This document shows, in pieces, positions 39,886-53,815 of a stretch of DNA of 64,000 bases; the stretch's first letter is position 1, and each line of letters starts with the position of its first letter. Below the pieces are notes generated by a model. That model was given only the letters and a program-made list of their open reading frames with translations, made no database searches and had not been told where the DNA came from. The position numbers and the translations under genes were made by a program. The DNA lies in contig NC_043001.1 in the NCBI RefSeq assembly GCF_006345805.1, forward strand, positions 24,738,001 through 24,802,000. The letters are read 5' to 3'. This stretch comes from Octopus sinensis. Taxonomy: Eukaryota.

Positions 39886-40471
39886 TAAGGCATAAGGCAC
39901 AGTCAATTACATTTGTCTTCACTGACTAAACTGGACTGACACACCTTTGTGTATTGACTTGTAAAACTCAAATTTCACTCTGAAAAAAGAAGAATGTATT
40001 ATCATTACTTTAATTACTAAGGATGAAGTTAGAATAAAATAAAGAACAAAAATGATTAAAAATTATAAATAAATTAGTAGAACCCATGGAAATTCCACAG
40101 AACAAAAAAGATTAAGAGAAACTATTTAATAAAGAAAGGATGATTTGAATTTATATTTTTCTTTTACTAATTAATTTCACTTCATTATTTCACTTCTGGT
40201 CACAAAAATTTATAATATTTTATTATTTTAAAATTTTAAAATTTCACTCTGCTAAGCACTTTATACTTCTCTCTTTCTCTTCAACAAACATTTTAACCAT
40301 GTAATTCCCCTCTTTGACATTTCTCTCTTTCTCTTCAGCTCTGTCTTCCATCAACCATAAAAGTGACAGCATAATGCATTGGCTGGCTATCTGCTCTCTC
40401 ACACACCCTTACATTCCCTCTTCCTCTCTCTCTCTCACTCCACCTCCTATATACACACACACATATATATA

Positions 40472-40680
40472 TGTTTGTGTGTCTGTGTTTGTCCCCCCCA
40501 ACATCACTTGACAACCAATGCTGGTGTGTTTACGTCGCTGTAACTTAGCAGTTCGGCATAAGAGACCGATAGAATAAGTACTAGGCTTCCAAAGATTAAG
40601 CTCTGGGGTCGATTTGCTCGACTATAAAGGTGGTGCTCCAGCATGACCACAGTCAACTGCCTGAAACAAGTAAAAGAGTG
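40472..40680 (+). mobile_element. SINE family A, 3' half
   Basis: GTGTTTGTCCCCCCAACATC...GAAACAAGTAAAAGAG. Confidence 0.85.
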
Positions 40681-41484
40681 CATATATATATATTATATAT
40701 ATATACATACACACACACACATATATATATATATATATTATATATATATATGTATGTATATGTGTGCATATATGTATGTGTGTGTGTGTATAGATATGAG
40801 TGTGCGTATGCTTATATATATATGTAAGCATATGCACACTCATATCTAGACATGCATTCACCAAGAATGCAAGTCTAGACTATATATATATAAGAAGACT
40901 CTAAGGATTACAGCTTTAACAAACATCTTCAACTATTTATAGCAACAGTGCAAAGTCTCATGACTCTGGATCCTAACTAATATTACATACAAAAAAAACA
41001 CATTAGCTCCATCATAAATAACTTAAAGACCCAAACTTAACATTAAAAAACTCATATTCTTCTTTATTGGGCATAACGTGACTTGTGACCTTTACTCATC
41101 CAGTTTAGTGTAAAGTAATTTCCATGATACCTTTCTCTGGAATAGCCTAACAAATACCAAATTTTAAAATTTTTGCACAAAACCCAGCATTATACGTAGT
41201 CTAAAGTGTTGAAGGAACATCTAGGTAGTTGCATGACCTGCTAGAAATAGAAGCAAAATCTACCTCATAAAATCAAAATCTACCTCTGTCACCACTTACG
41301 ATAATTTTCATTGTGCGCTTTTTATGTTTTGTGTTGGACAATAGGAGATGATCAATTAGTGAGTGAGAAAAGCATTACCTTCATTTACTGTCCATGTTTC
41401 ATGCTGGTATGTAGAATTAAAATGACATTCAGTCTATCACACTATCTGTTTGTCTGTCTCTATCTCTTTCTACATACACATATA

Positions 41485-41696
41485 CTCTTTTACTCTTTTA
41501 CTTGTTTCAGTCATTTGACTGCAGCCATGCTGAAGCACTGCCTTTAGTCGAGCAAATCGACCCCAGGACTTATTCTTTGTAAGTCTAGTAATTATTCTAT
41601 CGGTCTCTTTTGCCGAACCACTAAGTTATGGGGACGTAAACACACCAGCATTGGTTGTCAAGTGATGTTGGGGGGGGGACAAACACAGACACACAT

Positions 41697-41734
<38 letters not shown>

Positions 41735-41767
41735 AAGAAACATATATATATATATATATAATAAAGA

Positions 41768-41804
<37 letters not shown>

Positions 41805-42077
41805 AATAAAGAAACATATATATATATATATAATATATATATATATATTATATATATATATATATAATAAAGAAACATATATATATATATATATATATGC
41901 ACACATATATACGACAGGCTTCTTTCAGTTTCCATCTACCAAATCCACTCACAAGGTTTTGGTCGGCCCGAGGCTATAGTAGAAGACACTTGCCCAAGGT
42001 GCCATGCAGTGGGACGACTGAACCCAGAACCATGAAGTTGGTAAGCAAGCTACTTACCACACAGCCACTCCTTCGCC
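41485..42077 (-). mobile_element. SINE family A with expanded compound (TA)n-ATAAAGAAAC array
   Basis: Full reverse-complement copy; ATAAAGAAACAT x4 within the central microsatellite. Confidence 0.9.
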
Positions 42078-42088
42078 TAAATATATAC

Positions 42089-42129
<41 letters not shown>

Positions 42130-42379
42130 TTAATAATACAGATGAAGAAAATGGGAAAAAAATTGTAACATTGCCTGCAGGATTTAAACTCTGCATCTGT
42201 TGTAAAATATATAGCTTCCTAACCACTACATACACACACATATATATATCGATGTGTGTGTGTGTTTGCATATGTTCGTACATTGTGGTGATACTGGTGC
42301 AAATTGCTAGATGTTCATGTTTCACTTAGTGTTTATTTACTTAATGCTGCAAAGATTCCCTCCACACTGTTTACTTGCT

Positions 42380-42380
<1 letters not shown>

Positions 42381-42447
<67 letters not shown>

Positions 42448-42469
42448 GTTGTTGTTGTTGTTGTTGTTG
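42381..42469. repeat. (ATT)n(GTT)n microsatellite
   Basis: Trinucleotide array. Confidence 0.95.
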
Positions 42470-43311
42470 AAGTTTTCCAAGTCCTTCTTTCACTCTTTTT
42501 TCTCCCAATCTCACTTTCTTTGACGCACAGTCTCTGTTTCTCTACCAGTCATCATTTCCATTCGAGAACTAAGCCTTCTTCTTTCATCTCTTCTGTTTCT
42601 GCTACTCTCTCTCTCTCTCTCTCTCTCTTCTTGGGCTTTGTTATCATGTTAAAAGAATGGTGTAACTTCCACATGCTATGACATCTCAGAGCATAATGTT
42701 TTCTGAGGTCTGTGTTTTCATCCACGAACGAAGGGCCATAGAGTTTATGTTTTTTTTTCATGTGTATGTTATGTTTTTTCATTTTATATCTTTTATTATT
42801 TTCATTTTATGTTCTGCAAGTTATTGATTTTCATTTGATCTTTCATAGGAGTTCTTTTGTGTATTCCCAAGCTTGTTAAAATTATTTTAACATTGTTGAT
42901 ACTGTCAGATGGAGTGGTATTGAATTTGGTGTCAAAACTATGAAGATATCCAATTAAGCAGCTGATGATAAGATCTTTTTTTTTCAATAGTATTTTTGTA
43001 TAGTGTTCTTTTTGTTCTTTCATTCTTGTCTCTGTTCATTGTGATCATTCCTCATAAATACTTTGTAGTGTTACTTCTAACTGTGAAATGAGTTTCTTAG
43101 AGTCTTGTTAAGGAATTCTTTGCAGTTTCATTTGGGACTTCATGAAGTTCAGTAGCAGATGTGAAACATAAATACATGTACACACGCACACACACACACA
43201 CACACTCACACACACATATTTATGCATGTGTATATACATATATCAATATATAGATAGATAGATAAATATATGTATGTGTGTGTATGTGAAGGCCTGTTGA
43301 GGCATGTGAAA

Positions 43312-43801
43312 ATCAAAACAAATCAAAATAGATGAACATCAATGGAATTTGTATCTTTGTGGTACCAGTGCCGGTGGCACACAAGAAAACCATCCGAACG
43401 TGGCCATAGCCAGTACCACATCGACTGGCCTCCGTGCTGTGGGCACGTAACAAACACCATCCGATTGTGGCTGTTTGCCAGCCTCATCTGGCACCTGTGT
43501 CGGTGGAACATAAAAACACCCATCCGAGCATGGCCGTCTGCCAGCCTCGTCTGGCCCTGTGTCGGTGGCACATAAAAAACACCATCCGAGCGTGGCCGTT
43601 TGCCAGCCTCGTCTGGCACCTGTGTCGGTGGCACATAAAATCACCCACTACACTCTCGGAGTGGTTGGCGTTAGGAAGGGCATCCAGCTGTAGAAACACT
43701 GCCAGATCTGACTGGACTGGTGCAGCCTTCAGGCTCCCCAGACCCCAGTTGAACCGTCCAACCCATGCTAGCATGGAAAGCGGACGTTAAATGATGATGA
43801 T
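43312..43801 (+). mobile_element. SINE family C
   Basis: AAATC-rich start, ~63-bp internal repeats, family C tail. Confidence 0.9.
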
Positions 43802-43837
43802 ATATATATATATATAAATATATATTTATATATATAT

Positions 43838-44230
43838 ACTCTTTTACTTGTTTCAGTCATTTGACTGCGACCATGCTGGAGCACCGCCTTTAGCGAGCAA
43901 ATCAACCCCAGGACTTACTTTTTGTAAGCCTAATACTTATTCTATCGGTCTCTTTTGCTGAACCGCTAAGTTACGGGGACGTAAACACACCAGCATTGGT
44001 TGTCAAGCGATGTTGGAGGGACAAACACACACACACATGCATATATACATATATATATATATATACACACACAATGGGCTTTTTTCAGTTTCCGTCTATC
44101 AAATCCACTCACAAGGCCTTGGTCGGCCCGAGGCTATAGTAGAAGATACTTGTGCATGGTGCCACGCAGTGGGACTGAACCCAAAACCATATGGTTGGTA
44201 AGCAAGCTACTTACCACACAGCCACTCCTG
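43838..44230 (-). mobile_element. SINE family A, full length
   Basis: Reverse-complement copy, tail-to-tail with the family C copy. Confidence 0.9.
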
Positions 44231-44539
44231 TCATTTTAATGAGATTTAATTGCCTTTTTCTGATGATATTTGAAAAGAAACAGCAATTTTAGCAAAGCAT
44301 ATTAAGCAACACTAATAATAAATCAAAAAAACAAAAAAATAAACAAGCTTTTGATGGTTTTATAGATACTTCAAAATTATGATGCTATGATGCTAGGTGT
44401 TTCCATTATTTTGTCCAACCCTTGTATATATAGAATGTATGTGTGCATGTGTGTGGTGGTTATCTTTAAAAAGTAGGCAAGGAGATTTCAAAATAAAAAT
44501 TATTTTAAACTATGAAATTCACAGATTCATGTAGTCAAG

Positions 44540-45180
44540 AGGAAAATTTAAAGGGCCTCTATAAATGTGCAGTGGATGACATCCCCAATAACAGCATTTA
44601 TGAGCATCCTAACCATATATAATAACACCAGTGCTAGGGAGTAGGTGGTTCCTAGAATGACTTAAGAACCTTATAGCTAGATCAAGGATCTGTTTTAAGC
44701 CTGCAAAGGCTTGTGGTGCTGAAGAAGTGGAAGGTCGTTAGCAAATTCTGTTGCTCAGTATCTAGAATTGCCATCCCTCCATTACAGAGCAACCAGTGAA
44801 GGTTCTGGGGAAGCTTTTTAGCTCAACTCTGAAACACCCTGCTACTGTTCAGCACTAGTGTCTGAAGATCAAATTTATGCAAATAAGATGATGGTTAGAT
44901 AAAAACCGGGTTTGGAGGCAAGACAATGTTTGAAGTGTCCGTGTGTTAATCAGGGATAGAGGTATATGATGATACTGCCAATTACAATGGTAATATATTC
45001 AGGTTTCTGTGCCTGCATGGTAAGTTAAAAGTCCAAGTTGTAAGCATTGAAGACAATGCTGGATGACTTCAGAGAAATAGAGATCAAGTGAGATAGATTT
45101 CTTTATGCAGAATACCAGATTATCAAACAACTGCTGGGTGTTGGAAGAGATTCACAAGTCGTAAAAACAATAAAATGAAC
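44540..45180 (+). mobile_element. Non-LTR retrotransposon RT remnant, Hero (R2-like) type
   Basis: Broken peptides PITAFMSILT, RWFLE*LKNLIARSRICFKPAK, LVVLKKWKV, EQPVKVLGKLF resemble Hero RT (AFMDDLT...FKPAKSRSLVLKKG...PVKSLGK). Confidence 0.55.
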
Positions 45181-45364
45181 TTGGAGGACTGAATTATCTT
45201 TTGTTTCTTACTTGTTTCAGTCATTCTACTGTGGTCATACTAGGCCACCACCTTAAAGAACTTTTGGTCAAATGAATTGACCCCACGGTATACTTATTCC
45301 ATCTGACCACTAAGTTACGACAAAAGATGCATTATGTACATTAGACATATTATGTACACATTAT

Positions 45365-45794
45365 GGAGTGCTAACAGCTCCATCCGAGTGAGATCACTGC
45401 CAGAGCAGCTGTCTGGTTTCTGTGCTGGTGGCACATAAAAAGCACCATTTGAGTGTGATCATTACCAGTGTCGCCTTACTGGCACGTGAACAAAACATTC
45501 AAGCGAGGTCGTTGCCAGTTCCGCTGGACTGGCTCCTGTGCAGGTGGCACGTAAAACACACCATTTGAGTGTGGCCGTTGCCAGTACTGCCAGACTGGCC
45601 CGCGTGCTGGTGGCACATAAAAGCACCCACTTCTCTCTCAGAGTGGTTGGTGTTAGGAAGGGCATCCAGCTGTAGAAACTCTGCCAGATCAGATTGGAGC
45701 TTGGTGCAGCCATCTGGTTCACCAGACCTCAGTCAAATCGTCCAACCCATGCTAGCATGAAAAGCAGACGTTAAATGATGATGATGATGATGAT
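45365..45794 (+). mobile_element. SINE family C
   Basis: Closely matches 12943-13367. Confidence 0.9.
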
Positions 45795-46792
45795 AATTAT
45801 ACATTTAATGTCCAACAGTGATTGAATTCACTGTACATCGATTAGGCTGGATATTAGACAAGCTATAGCATGCACTGAGTACTAAATTACATTTCTAACT
45901 ACAAAGAACTACATGATAGATTGTGATGTATTAGTCCCACAGCAGACTAAATAATGACAGTTATTGAGAACTGGACTTAAATCTGTTTAGGCAGGCTTGA
46001 TTATTAATACTCAGGCAACAGAAATAGTCAGTTGGATGAAATTGTATCTCTACTTCCAGCTGAGCTTAAATAAACAACCAACAAAGCTTGAATGGCACGT
46101 TTTTTTACCCTTGATTCTATTCAGAAAGCTTTATTAGTTTTCAATTCATTATCCATGCCATTAAATCCTTGCCTTAGATATGCTTCAACCAATAAAATAT
46201 AAGCAATTTGTTTTTCTTGATATCTGTTCTGAATGACTGTCTACAAAATTTTATGTAATTTGCTTTCATTTCTCTTAACATCAAATCTATTTGCAGTTTT
46301 TTTGTTTATACTCCCTTGTTTCCTGGTTATGATTATGTGAGGATTTTTTTTTCTATCATTGATAAAAGGCTACCATTCAGCTGACTGTTCTTTGATATAT
46401 ATTTTCTGACTTTATTTGTTGCTGCTAGTTTATAGACATTACTATGATACATTTGTACAAAAATAATGGCAAGTTTTGAAAGGAAATGTTTGCATTTGTT
46501 TCTGACTGGAAGGTTTCTTGTTTCATTTAATGAAGCTCTTCCTTCGATCTTTGAATTAATTTGTTTCAAAATGTTCGTCAGCAATTGCAGAAATATACAT
46601 AGGTACATCAGAAATGAGATTTTAAAATATATATAACTCTTTTTACTTCATGCTCTGGTTAATTTTGTTATTTCAAACTTATAAAGTTAGATATGTAATT
46701 ACAGCATGAAAGACACATATTAGTCATTCAAATACAAACTAAAACTGTTAACTTCAATTGATCATATATTATCTGATGTCAAAATTTTCCTC

Positions 46793-46865
46793 GCATTAAC
46801 TGTAACCTTGTCACTGACAGTTCTATGGCAACTCACTTTGTCAGTTATGAGGTTGCAGTTAGTGC
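46793..46865 (+). ncRNA. Pre-miRNA-like hairpin (candidate)
   Basis: 28-bp stem with 1 mismatch and 5 G-U pairs, 17-nt loop, in apparently unique intronic sequence. Confidence 0.3.
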
Positions 46866-47439
46866 AACAGAACCTGTGTCACCAAATAATAAATGTTTAT
46901 GTTTTTGAATAGCTTAATATATGTTTTCCATTCTGTAATCACTTCAGTTTCAACACATGGCCTCACATCAAATTACTTGTCTCCAAAAGTCACATAGTAT
47001 GTCAGCCTAAAACTTAGGTAATATATTCAGGTTTCTGTTTGTTTTGACTGGATTATATCAGAAATGAAATTGAGTTATTCTGTGAATGAATTATTATCTC
47101 AATTTAACAATCCATTGTCAGAATTCTGTTTCTGCAGTCAATCACTAATGTTCCTCATTTTATCGAGTCCTGTCAGTAAAATGGCAGTTTACAACAAGAA
47201 CCAAATTATTATTATCATCCATATTGACCAGACTGTCGGCAATCATTATACACTGGTAGTCATTTTCAGTTCTTTTTTATTGAAGCCTTCTTTTCCATCT
47301 TGGCCCAAATCATTTAACGAAGTCTTCTTCCTATTGTCATGGAGCCCTTTATATTATTAATATAATATTTTAGATTTGTGTCAAAATTAGAAAGAAATGA
47401 TTTATTATCTAACTATTAATTATAACATTATAAAGGAAA

Positions 47440-47540
47440 TTATTTACATTATTTACATTCGATGGATATTTGTCCTCATCTTGTTTGTTGTTAACACAAT
47501 GCTTCAGCTGATATACCCTCCAGCCTTCATCAGATGTCTT
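47440..47540 (-). mobile_element. Solo fragment of the tRNA-head/HHR element containing a degenerate hammerhead
   Basis: Minus strand GACAT-CTGATGA-AGGCTG..CAGCT-GAAG-CATT-GTGTT then family tail. Confidence 0.75.
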
Positions 47541-47956
47541 ATATAAAGGAAAATCTCATACTGGGTTTTATTGACTTTGAATGACTATATCGTTTTAGTT
47601 TTGTCTTAATGTCCAGTCTTCTATGCCCACGTGGGTCAAATAGTATCCACTGAGGCAGATTTTCTGAGTCAGATGCACTTCCTGTCACCAACCCTCACCT
47701 GTATCCAAGCAAACAAATATTACCTCTTGGCTGAACATAAATTTAATGGAAGACCAGAAACCACTTATATGATGGTGACACTCTCTTCCAGCTATTATAC
47801 TACATCAAGACAGGGGAATGCAAACACATTCTCTCTTTCTCACACACACTTATTTATAATACAGGGTTCTTTCAGTTTCCATCTTCCAGATCCACTCACA
47901 AGGCTTTGATTTGCCTGAGACTATAGTAGAAGACTGACTCTGAAACAATATGGTAA

Positions 47957-48187
47957 AGGTGGCAAGCTGGTAGAAACATTAGCATGGCAGATGCATTGCT
48001 TAATGGTATTTTGTCTGCCGTTACATTCTGAGTTCAAATTCCGCCGAGGTCGACTTTGCCTTTCATCCTTTCAGAGTCAATAAATTAAGTGCCAGTTACG
48101 TACTGGGGTTGATGTAATCGACTTAATCCGTTTGTCTGTCCTTGTTTGTCCTCTCTATGTTTAGTCCCTTGTGGGCAGTAAAGAAAT
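47957..48187 (+). mobile_element. SINE family B nested in a family A remnant
   Basis: Flanked by the 12-bp direct repeat TGAAACAATATG (47941 and 48189). Confidence 0.9.
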
Positions 48188-49164
48188 ATGAAACAATATG
48201 ATTAGGATGTGGACTTCATGACCATACAGTTATGCTTGTGCCTTATGAATATACATTTATAAGCACATTAGTGACATTTTAAATGTTAAAGATATGGATT
48301 AAAGATTTTATTTTATTTAGCACCATATATCATTATTCTGAGTCCTAATACTGCTTGATTGAATTTTGATCCCTGCTACATTTACAACCTACAGCTTATT
48401 CGGCTCAGTTCAGTCTGTTATACTTTCTCTCCTTCCAAAATTTGAACCTATGCCTAACAAATATATATATATATATATATAATATATATATATATATATT
48501 ATATATATATATATATTATCAATTTCAGAATCTTTGAATCAGCTCAGTAAAATTTACAAAATATCAATGAGAATCTAATTAGTCTTTTCAGTGTATCATC
48601 ATTATGTTCTAAATTAAATCTTTTTCAATATGATGATGGTCTTAAGTAAAAGACATTGCTTCTATGTTAAACTGTATTTGGAAGTATATATAGGCTGTTC
48701 CATCAATTACTAAGTGACCTGAGATGCTAGCTTATTTTTAGATTTGATCAATTCAGAACTAGTGATAGTTCAATTTGATTCAGAAAAAGATTGAAATAAT
48801 TTCTGAATTAAAGATTACTTATCTAAATCAATAATAAATAGCACCATTTGTTATCTTAAATCACGTTATAATTTCATTAATGCTTGAAGAAAAAAAAAAT
48901 ACAAATCTTCAGCAAACTTCATGTTCATTTACTGGAATGTAAGTTATTCCTATTGAGAATACTCTGTTAGTGGCTTTTAGTTTTGTGGTTGTCTTGTAAG
49001 AAGTTTGATTCCCCAGCACATGGTTCCAGGTTCAGTCTAGCAATGTGGCACCTTGGGCATGTATCTTCTGCTATAGTCTTGGTTTGATCAAAGCTTTTGG
49101 TTGCCAGGAACTGGAAGAAGTCCCATCATGTATGTGTGTATGTATATGTGTATATATATTGTTT

Positions 49165-49435
49165 GTTCCTTCTCGAGCCATGCCTGGTTCATTAGGGCTG
49201 GTTTCCCGGTTTCCTTGGCATATAGGTTCCCCACATGGATGAGCTGTAAGATGCAGGAGGAAAGAGTGAGAGAATGTTGTGGCAAAAGAGTCAGCAGAAG
49301 TTCATCATGACCTTCTGCAGGAGCCGCATGGAGCTTAGGAGTTTTGCTCATAAACACACACATCGCCTGGTCTGAGATTCAAACCTGAGATCCCTTGAAC
49401 GCGAGTCTGCTGCTCTAGCCACTAGGCCATGTACC
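49165..49435 (-). mobile_element. SINE family D
   Basis: Reverse complement of 15360-15650. Confidence 0.85.
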
Positions 49436-49477
49436 CTCACTGTACCTAGAGTAGAAAAGAATATTTATATAAGAATA

Positions 49478-49672
49478 AGGTGGTGAGCTGGCAGAATTGT
49501 TAGCACACAGGGCAAAATGCTGAGCAACATTTTGTCAGTCTTTACATTCTGAGTACAAATTCTACCAAGGTCAGTTTTGCATTTTCGCCTTTTAGGGTCA
49601 ATAAAATAAGTACCAGTTGAGTACTGGGGTTGATGTAATTGACATATCCCCTGAATTTGCTGGTCTTGTGCC
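49478..49672 (+). mobile_element. SINE family B (diverged)
   Basis: GGTGGTGAGCTGGCAGAA head and TAAGTACCAGTTGAGTACTGGGG core. Confidence 0.75.
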
Positions 49673-49854
49673 AGTCTGTTAATGTATTGATTGCAAGGTC
49701 AAGACTTATCAAAAATAAAACCTTATTAATATAAGCAATTAATACAATTAATGTAATTAATATAATTTAGGCAATTAATATATTTAATCAAATAACTTAG
49801 GTAATTAATGTAATTACTTAATATAATTAAAGTGGTGGTAGTGGTAGAGATCAC

Positions 49855-51150
49855 CAGATCTCTTCAATTATCATAATGAATTGATCATAAGAGAACTGGA
49901 GAAGGAAAAAGGTTTTAGCGGAGGAGACAGAAACATCACAAGTATAGGATATATAGATGACACAGACTTACTTGCAGAAATGGTAAAGGAACTTCAGAGA
50001 CGTCTGGATATAATGGTCAGGGAAAGTGAGAAGAAGGGTTTGTTCATTAATTGCAAGAAGACAGTGTGCATGGTGGAGACATAGAGAGGGAAGCCCAAAG
50101 GACATGCTGAAAGTGAGCAATCAAATCATTAAGCAGGTATCGTCCTTCAACTACTTTGGAACGTTGATCACAGAAGATGCAAGATCTGTAAAGGAGATCA
50201 AAAGATGAATAGTACTGGCAAAAATCTGCATTCGTAGGAATAGGAGTGGCTATGTGGTAAGTAGCTTGCTTACCAACCACATGGTTCCGAGTTCAGTCCT
50301 ACTGCATGGCACTTTGGACAAGTATCTTCTACTATAGCCTCGGGCTGACCAAAGCCTTGTGAGTGGATTTGGTAGATGGAAACTGAAAGAAGCCCGTCGT
50401 ATATATGTATATATATATATATGTATGTATTTGTGTGTCTGTGTTTGTCCCCCCAACATCGCTTGACAATCTATGCTGGTGTGTTTACATCCCCGTACCT
50501 TAGCTGTTCAGCAAAAGAAACCAATAAAATAAGTACTAGGCTTACAAAGAATAAGTCCTGGGGTCAATTTGCTCAACTAAAGGTGATGCTCCAGCATGGC
50601 CACAGTCAAATGACTGAAACAAGTAAAAGAGTAAAAGAGGGTATTCTCAAAATTGCATAACACCCTGAGAAACTGTACTCTGAGCATTAAAACCCATATA
50701 TTGAACTGCTGTGTCTACCTTGTGTGAATATATGAAGTGAGGCATGGTCTATAACATCAGAAATGAGAAGGTGTCTAGAGAGCTGTGAAATGTGGTTCTT
50801 CAGGAGAATATTTAGGATAGCATGGACAAAGTGTCTAATGAAGAAGTGATGACCCAGGCTGTGGTAAATAGAAAACTGCTTCATGAGATAAAGGCCAAGC
50901 AACTGAGATTTCTTGATCCTGTGATGAGGAAAGAGGAGTTGGAGAATTTAAAGGTGACAAGAAAGATTGAAGGGAAAAGAACCAGAGGAAGGAGAAGGAT
51001 GATATAGATGTGAAACTTAACAAACGGGCTGGAAGAAAGAAGCATTAAATATCAGGAAGTGGAACTGTTGCAGAAAACAAAGAACAGAGAATCGTGGCAG
51101 GACATAATCACCCATGTCCTACATTCTGGACATGGTGCCTAAAGAAGAAG
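49855..51150 (+). mobile_element. RTE-clade LINE 3' remnant (reverse transcriptase), interrupted by a SINE
   Basis: PDLFNYHNE..NITSIGYIDDTDLLAE..ESEKKGLFINCKKT, QVSSFNYFGTLITED, EMWFFRR, KVSNEEV, KIEGKRTRGR; ends in (GAA)n. Confidence 0.85.
50242..50640 (+). mobile_element. SINE family A inserted in the RTE
   Basis: Full-length copy. Confidence 0.9.
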
Positions 51151-51377
51151 ATTCTGATCCCGCATCACAAGTTTGAACCATTTTCCATTTCTCTGAGTTT
51201 AAATGTACAGCCATGGTGATTGAAATTCCAACACAACCAAATTCACACAGGAAGCAATAACATTTGAAAGCTCAACACATTGTCATCATATGTCTGCTTT
51301 TCTAAGTGAACAAATGATGACAATGGTGGCAGTAGTGGTAGAGATGGTGGTGATAGTGGCAGCACCAACAGCAGTGG

Positions 51378-51722
51378 AGGCACAATGGCCCAGTGGTTAG
51401 GGCAGCGGACTCGCGGTTAGAGGATTGCGGTTTCGATTCCCAGACCGGGCGTTGTGTGTGTTTATTGAGCGAAAACACCTAAAGCTCCTTGAGGCTCCGG
51501 CAAGGGGTGGTGGCAACCCCTGTTGTACTCTTTTGCTCCAACTTTCTCCCTGTTTCTTGTCCGTGACTTCCTATGCAGCCGCTGAGCCTGGATGCACATC
51601 CATCCGTCGATGCTCTCGGTGTTGGGGGTTGACCTGCTTTCTCTTCTGCGGGTCTTACAAATAGCAAAGGACCACGTTTCGGACTGCAGACAGTCCTGAG
51701 ACACTCAACAAACAAACAAAAA
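51378..51722 (+). mobile_element. tRNA-derived SINE, D-related subfamily
   Basis: GGCACAATGGCCCAGTGGTTAGGGC...GGTTTCGATTCCC; head shared with family D, different 3' part, (AAAC)n tail. Confidence 0.8.
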
Positions 51723-52343
51723 ACAAGCAGCAGTGGCAGCACCAACAGCAGCCATTCAAGAATTTGGACCTGGAGATCTCCATTTCCAGCGACTTCAAGG
51801 GCCACCTCCCAGTGGTGTCGGGGTGTCAATGAAGAGCCCTCGACTACAACAAGATGACCAAAGTTTTTTTTTTTCCCCAAGGTCTGGGGGTCTCCTACCC
51901 CTAAGCCCTAGACCATTACCAAATCGCCCTTACCCATCTTGTTGCTTAACAACAACAATAGCACCAACAGCTGTGAAGACTACCATGACCATGATCTATT
52001 GAAATTTCATGATTTACCATTTCCTATATGAATGTTACTTCCATTACTTGGCCCATCAATTTGATACGCATGTAGTTGTCTCCATCTAAAGCATCTCTAT
52101 TTTGTCTTTGTTGCACTTGATAATAACACTGCTCAATCAGTCATTGGAAATGACTCTTCCTTGTACTACCTCATTATGTAAGAGAGCAGCATGTGTCATA
52201 TTTTGCCAGATATTTTTCAACAGCTCAACAACTATCCCCGATGTTCCAGCTGCTTTTCTGCCTTTGTCTCTTTAATTGCACTTTTGTATGTATGACTATT
52301 ATCTTGAATAGCTGCTCCCTCTGTTAGGTCTACCTAGGTAGAC

Positions 52344-52374
<31 letters not shown>

Positions 52375-52496
52375 AAACCCATGCTAAAACAGACAGTTGG
52401 AGCCTGGTGCAGCCCTCCAGTTAGCCAGCTCCTGTCAAACTACTGCTGGGTCTACCTTGGTAGACCTCTCTCTCACACACACACACACATGTACCA

Positions 52497-52772
52497 CTGG
52501 AGATTGGAAGGAGTCCTTTCTGTAATATAGACGCCTATTTATCTGAGTTTATGTTTCCCTCACACTTCGCCAGGTCTAATCAACCATTGCTCCAAATTGC
52601 TCCCCAAACCATCACAAAATAGCTACCATGTTTCATTGTTGGCTGCAGTCTTTTCACATCAAATTCTTGATCACAGAGTCTCCAAACCCACACTTGACCA
52701 CTGTCAGGAAATACAGCAAATCTGGACTCATCAGAAAATATGACAGTGTCCCAAAATGCTACTGACCTCTCC
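52497..52772 (-). mobile_element. Tc1-like (DD34E) transposase fragment
   Basis: [12 protein letters not shown]...VWVWR...[22 protein letters not shown]. Confidence 0.85.
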
Positions 52773-53217
52773 ACACATGCGCACACACACACACACACAC
52801 ACACACATGTACTCTCCATATTCAGCAACCTCCCATGGTAACATTTCCATATCTCTTTCTTCTCAGAATTAGTGATAACAAAAGTTCCGCTAAGATTCTA
52901 GTATTCCAAACAAGCTGCCTGTCCTGTTTTGTAGTCAGTGTGAAACCTATCTGGCTTGTGTGTTTGCCTGATTATCAACTAACTAGATGTATTCTAATCT
53001 TAACTTCCCTAATGGCTACATCATTTGCAGTTCAAGACTCCAAGAGCCTTGACTTCTCCTAACTCCTCATTCTTTGTACCATATTGACAGCTTCCATGTG
53101 TAGCAAAGTGGCTAATGTCAATACTGAAAACAACAAAGTGATATGCTTTCACCAAATTTTACTTTATTTGCTTCTGCAGTTGACTTGTCAAGATGCTAAA
53201 GGGTTCCATACTTATGC

Positions 53218-53815
53218 AGGCACAGGCATGGTTGTGTAGTTAAGAACCCAAACTATGTGGTTGCTAGCAATCACAGGGTTTGGGTTTCAGTTTCACTGTG
53301 CTGTACCTTGGTCAAGTATCTTCTACTTTAATCCCAGACTGACCAAAGCCTTGTGAGTGAATTTGGTAGACAGAAATTTCATGGAAGCCTGTCATTTATG
53401 TGTGTGTGTGTGCATGTGTGCATGCACATGTATCATTGTATGTGTGTACATGTGCATGTGTGCACATGTATCATTGTGTGTGTGTATGTGTGCATGTGTG
53501 TGTGCACATGTATCATTGTGTGTGTATACATGTGCATGTGTGCGTGTGTGTGTGCACATGTATCATTGTGTATGTGTACATGTGCATGTGTGTGTGTGTA
53601 CATGTATCATTGTGTCTGTGTTTGTCACTCTCACCTCTTGACAATTAGTGTTGGTTTTCTTTTCTACATCCCCATAACTTAGTGGTTCAGCAAAAGAATC
53701 GATAGAATATATACACAATTTTAAAAATACATACTGGGATCAGTTTGTTCTACGAAAACCTTCTGCCTGATGCCCTATCATGACCACAGTCCAATGACTG
53801 AAACAAGTAAATAAT
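53218..53815 (+). mobile_element. Diverged SINE family A with internal minisatellite
   Basis: Family A head and tail; CACATGTATCATTGT-containing ~35-45-bp unit repeated 5 times at 53420-53615. Confidence 0.75.
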
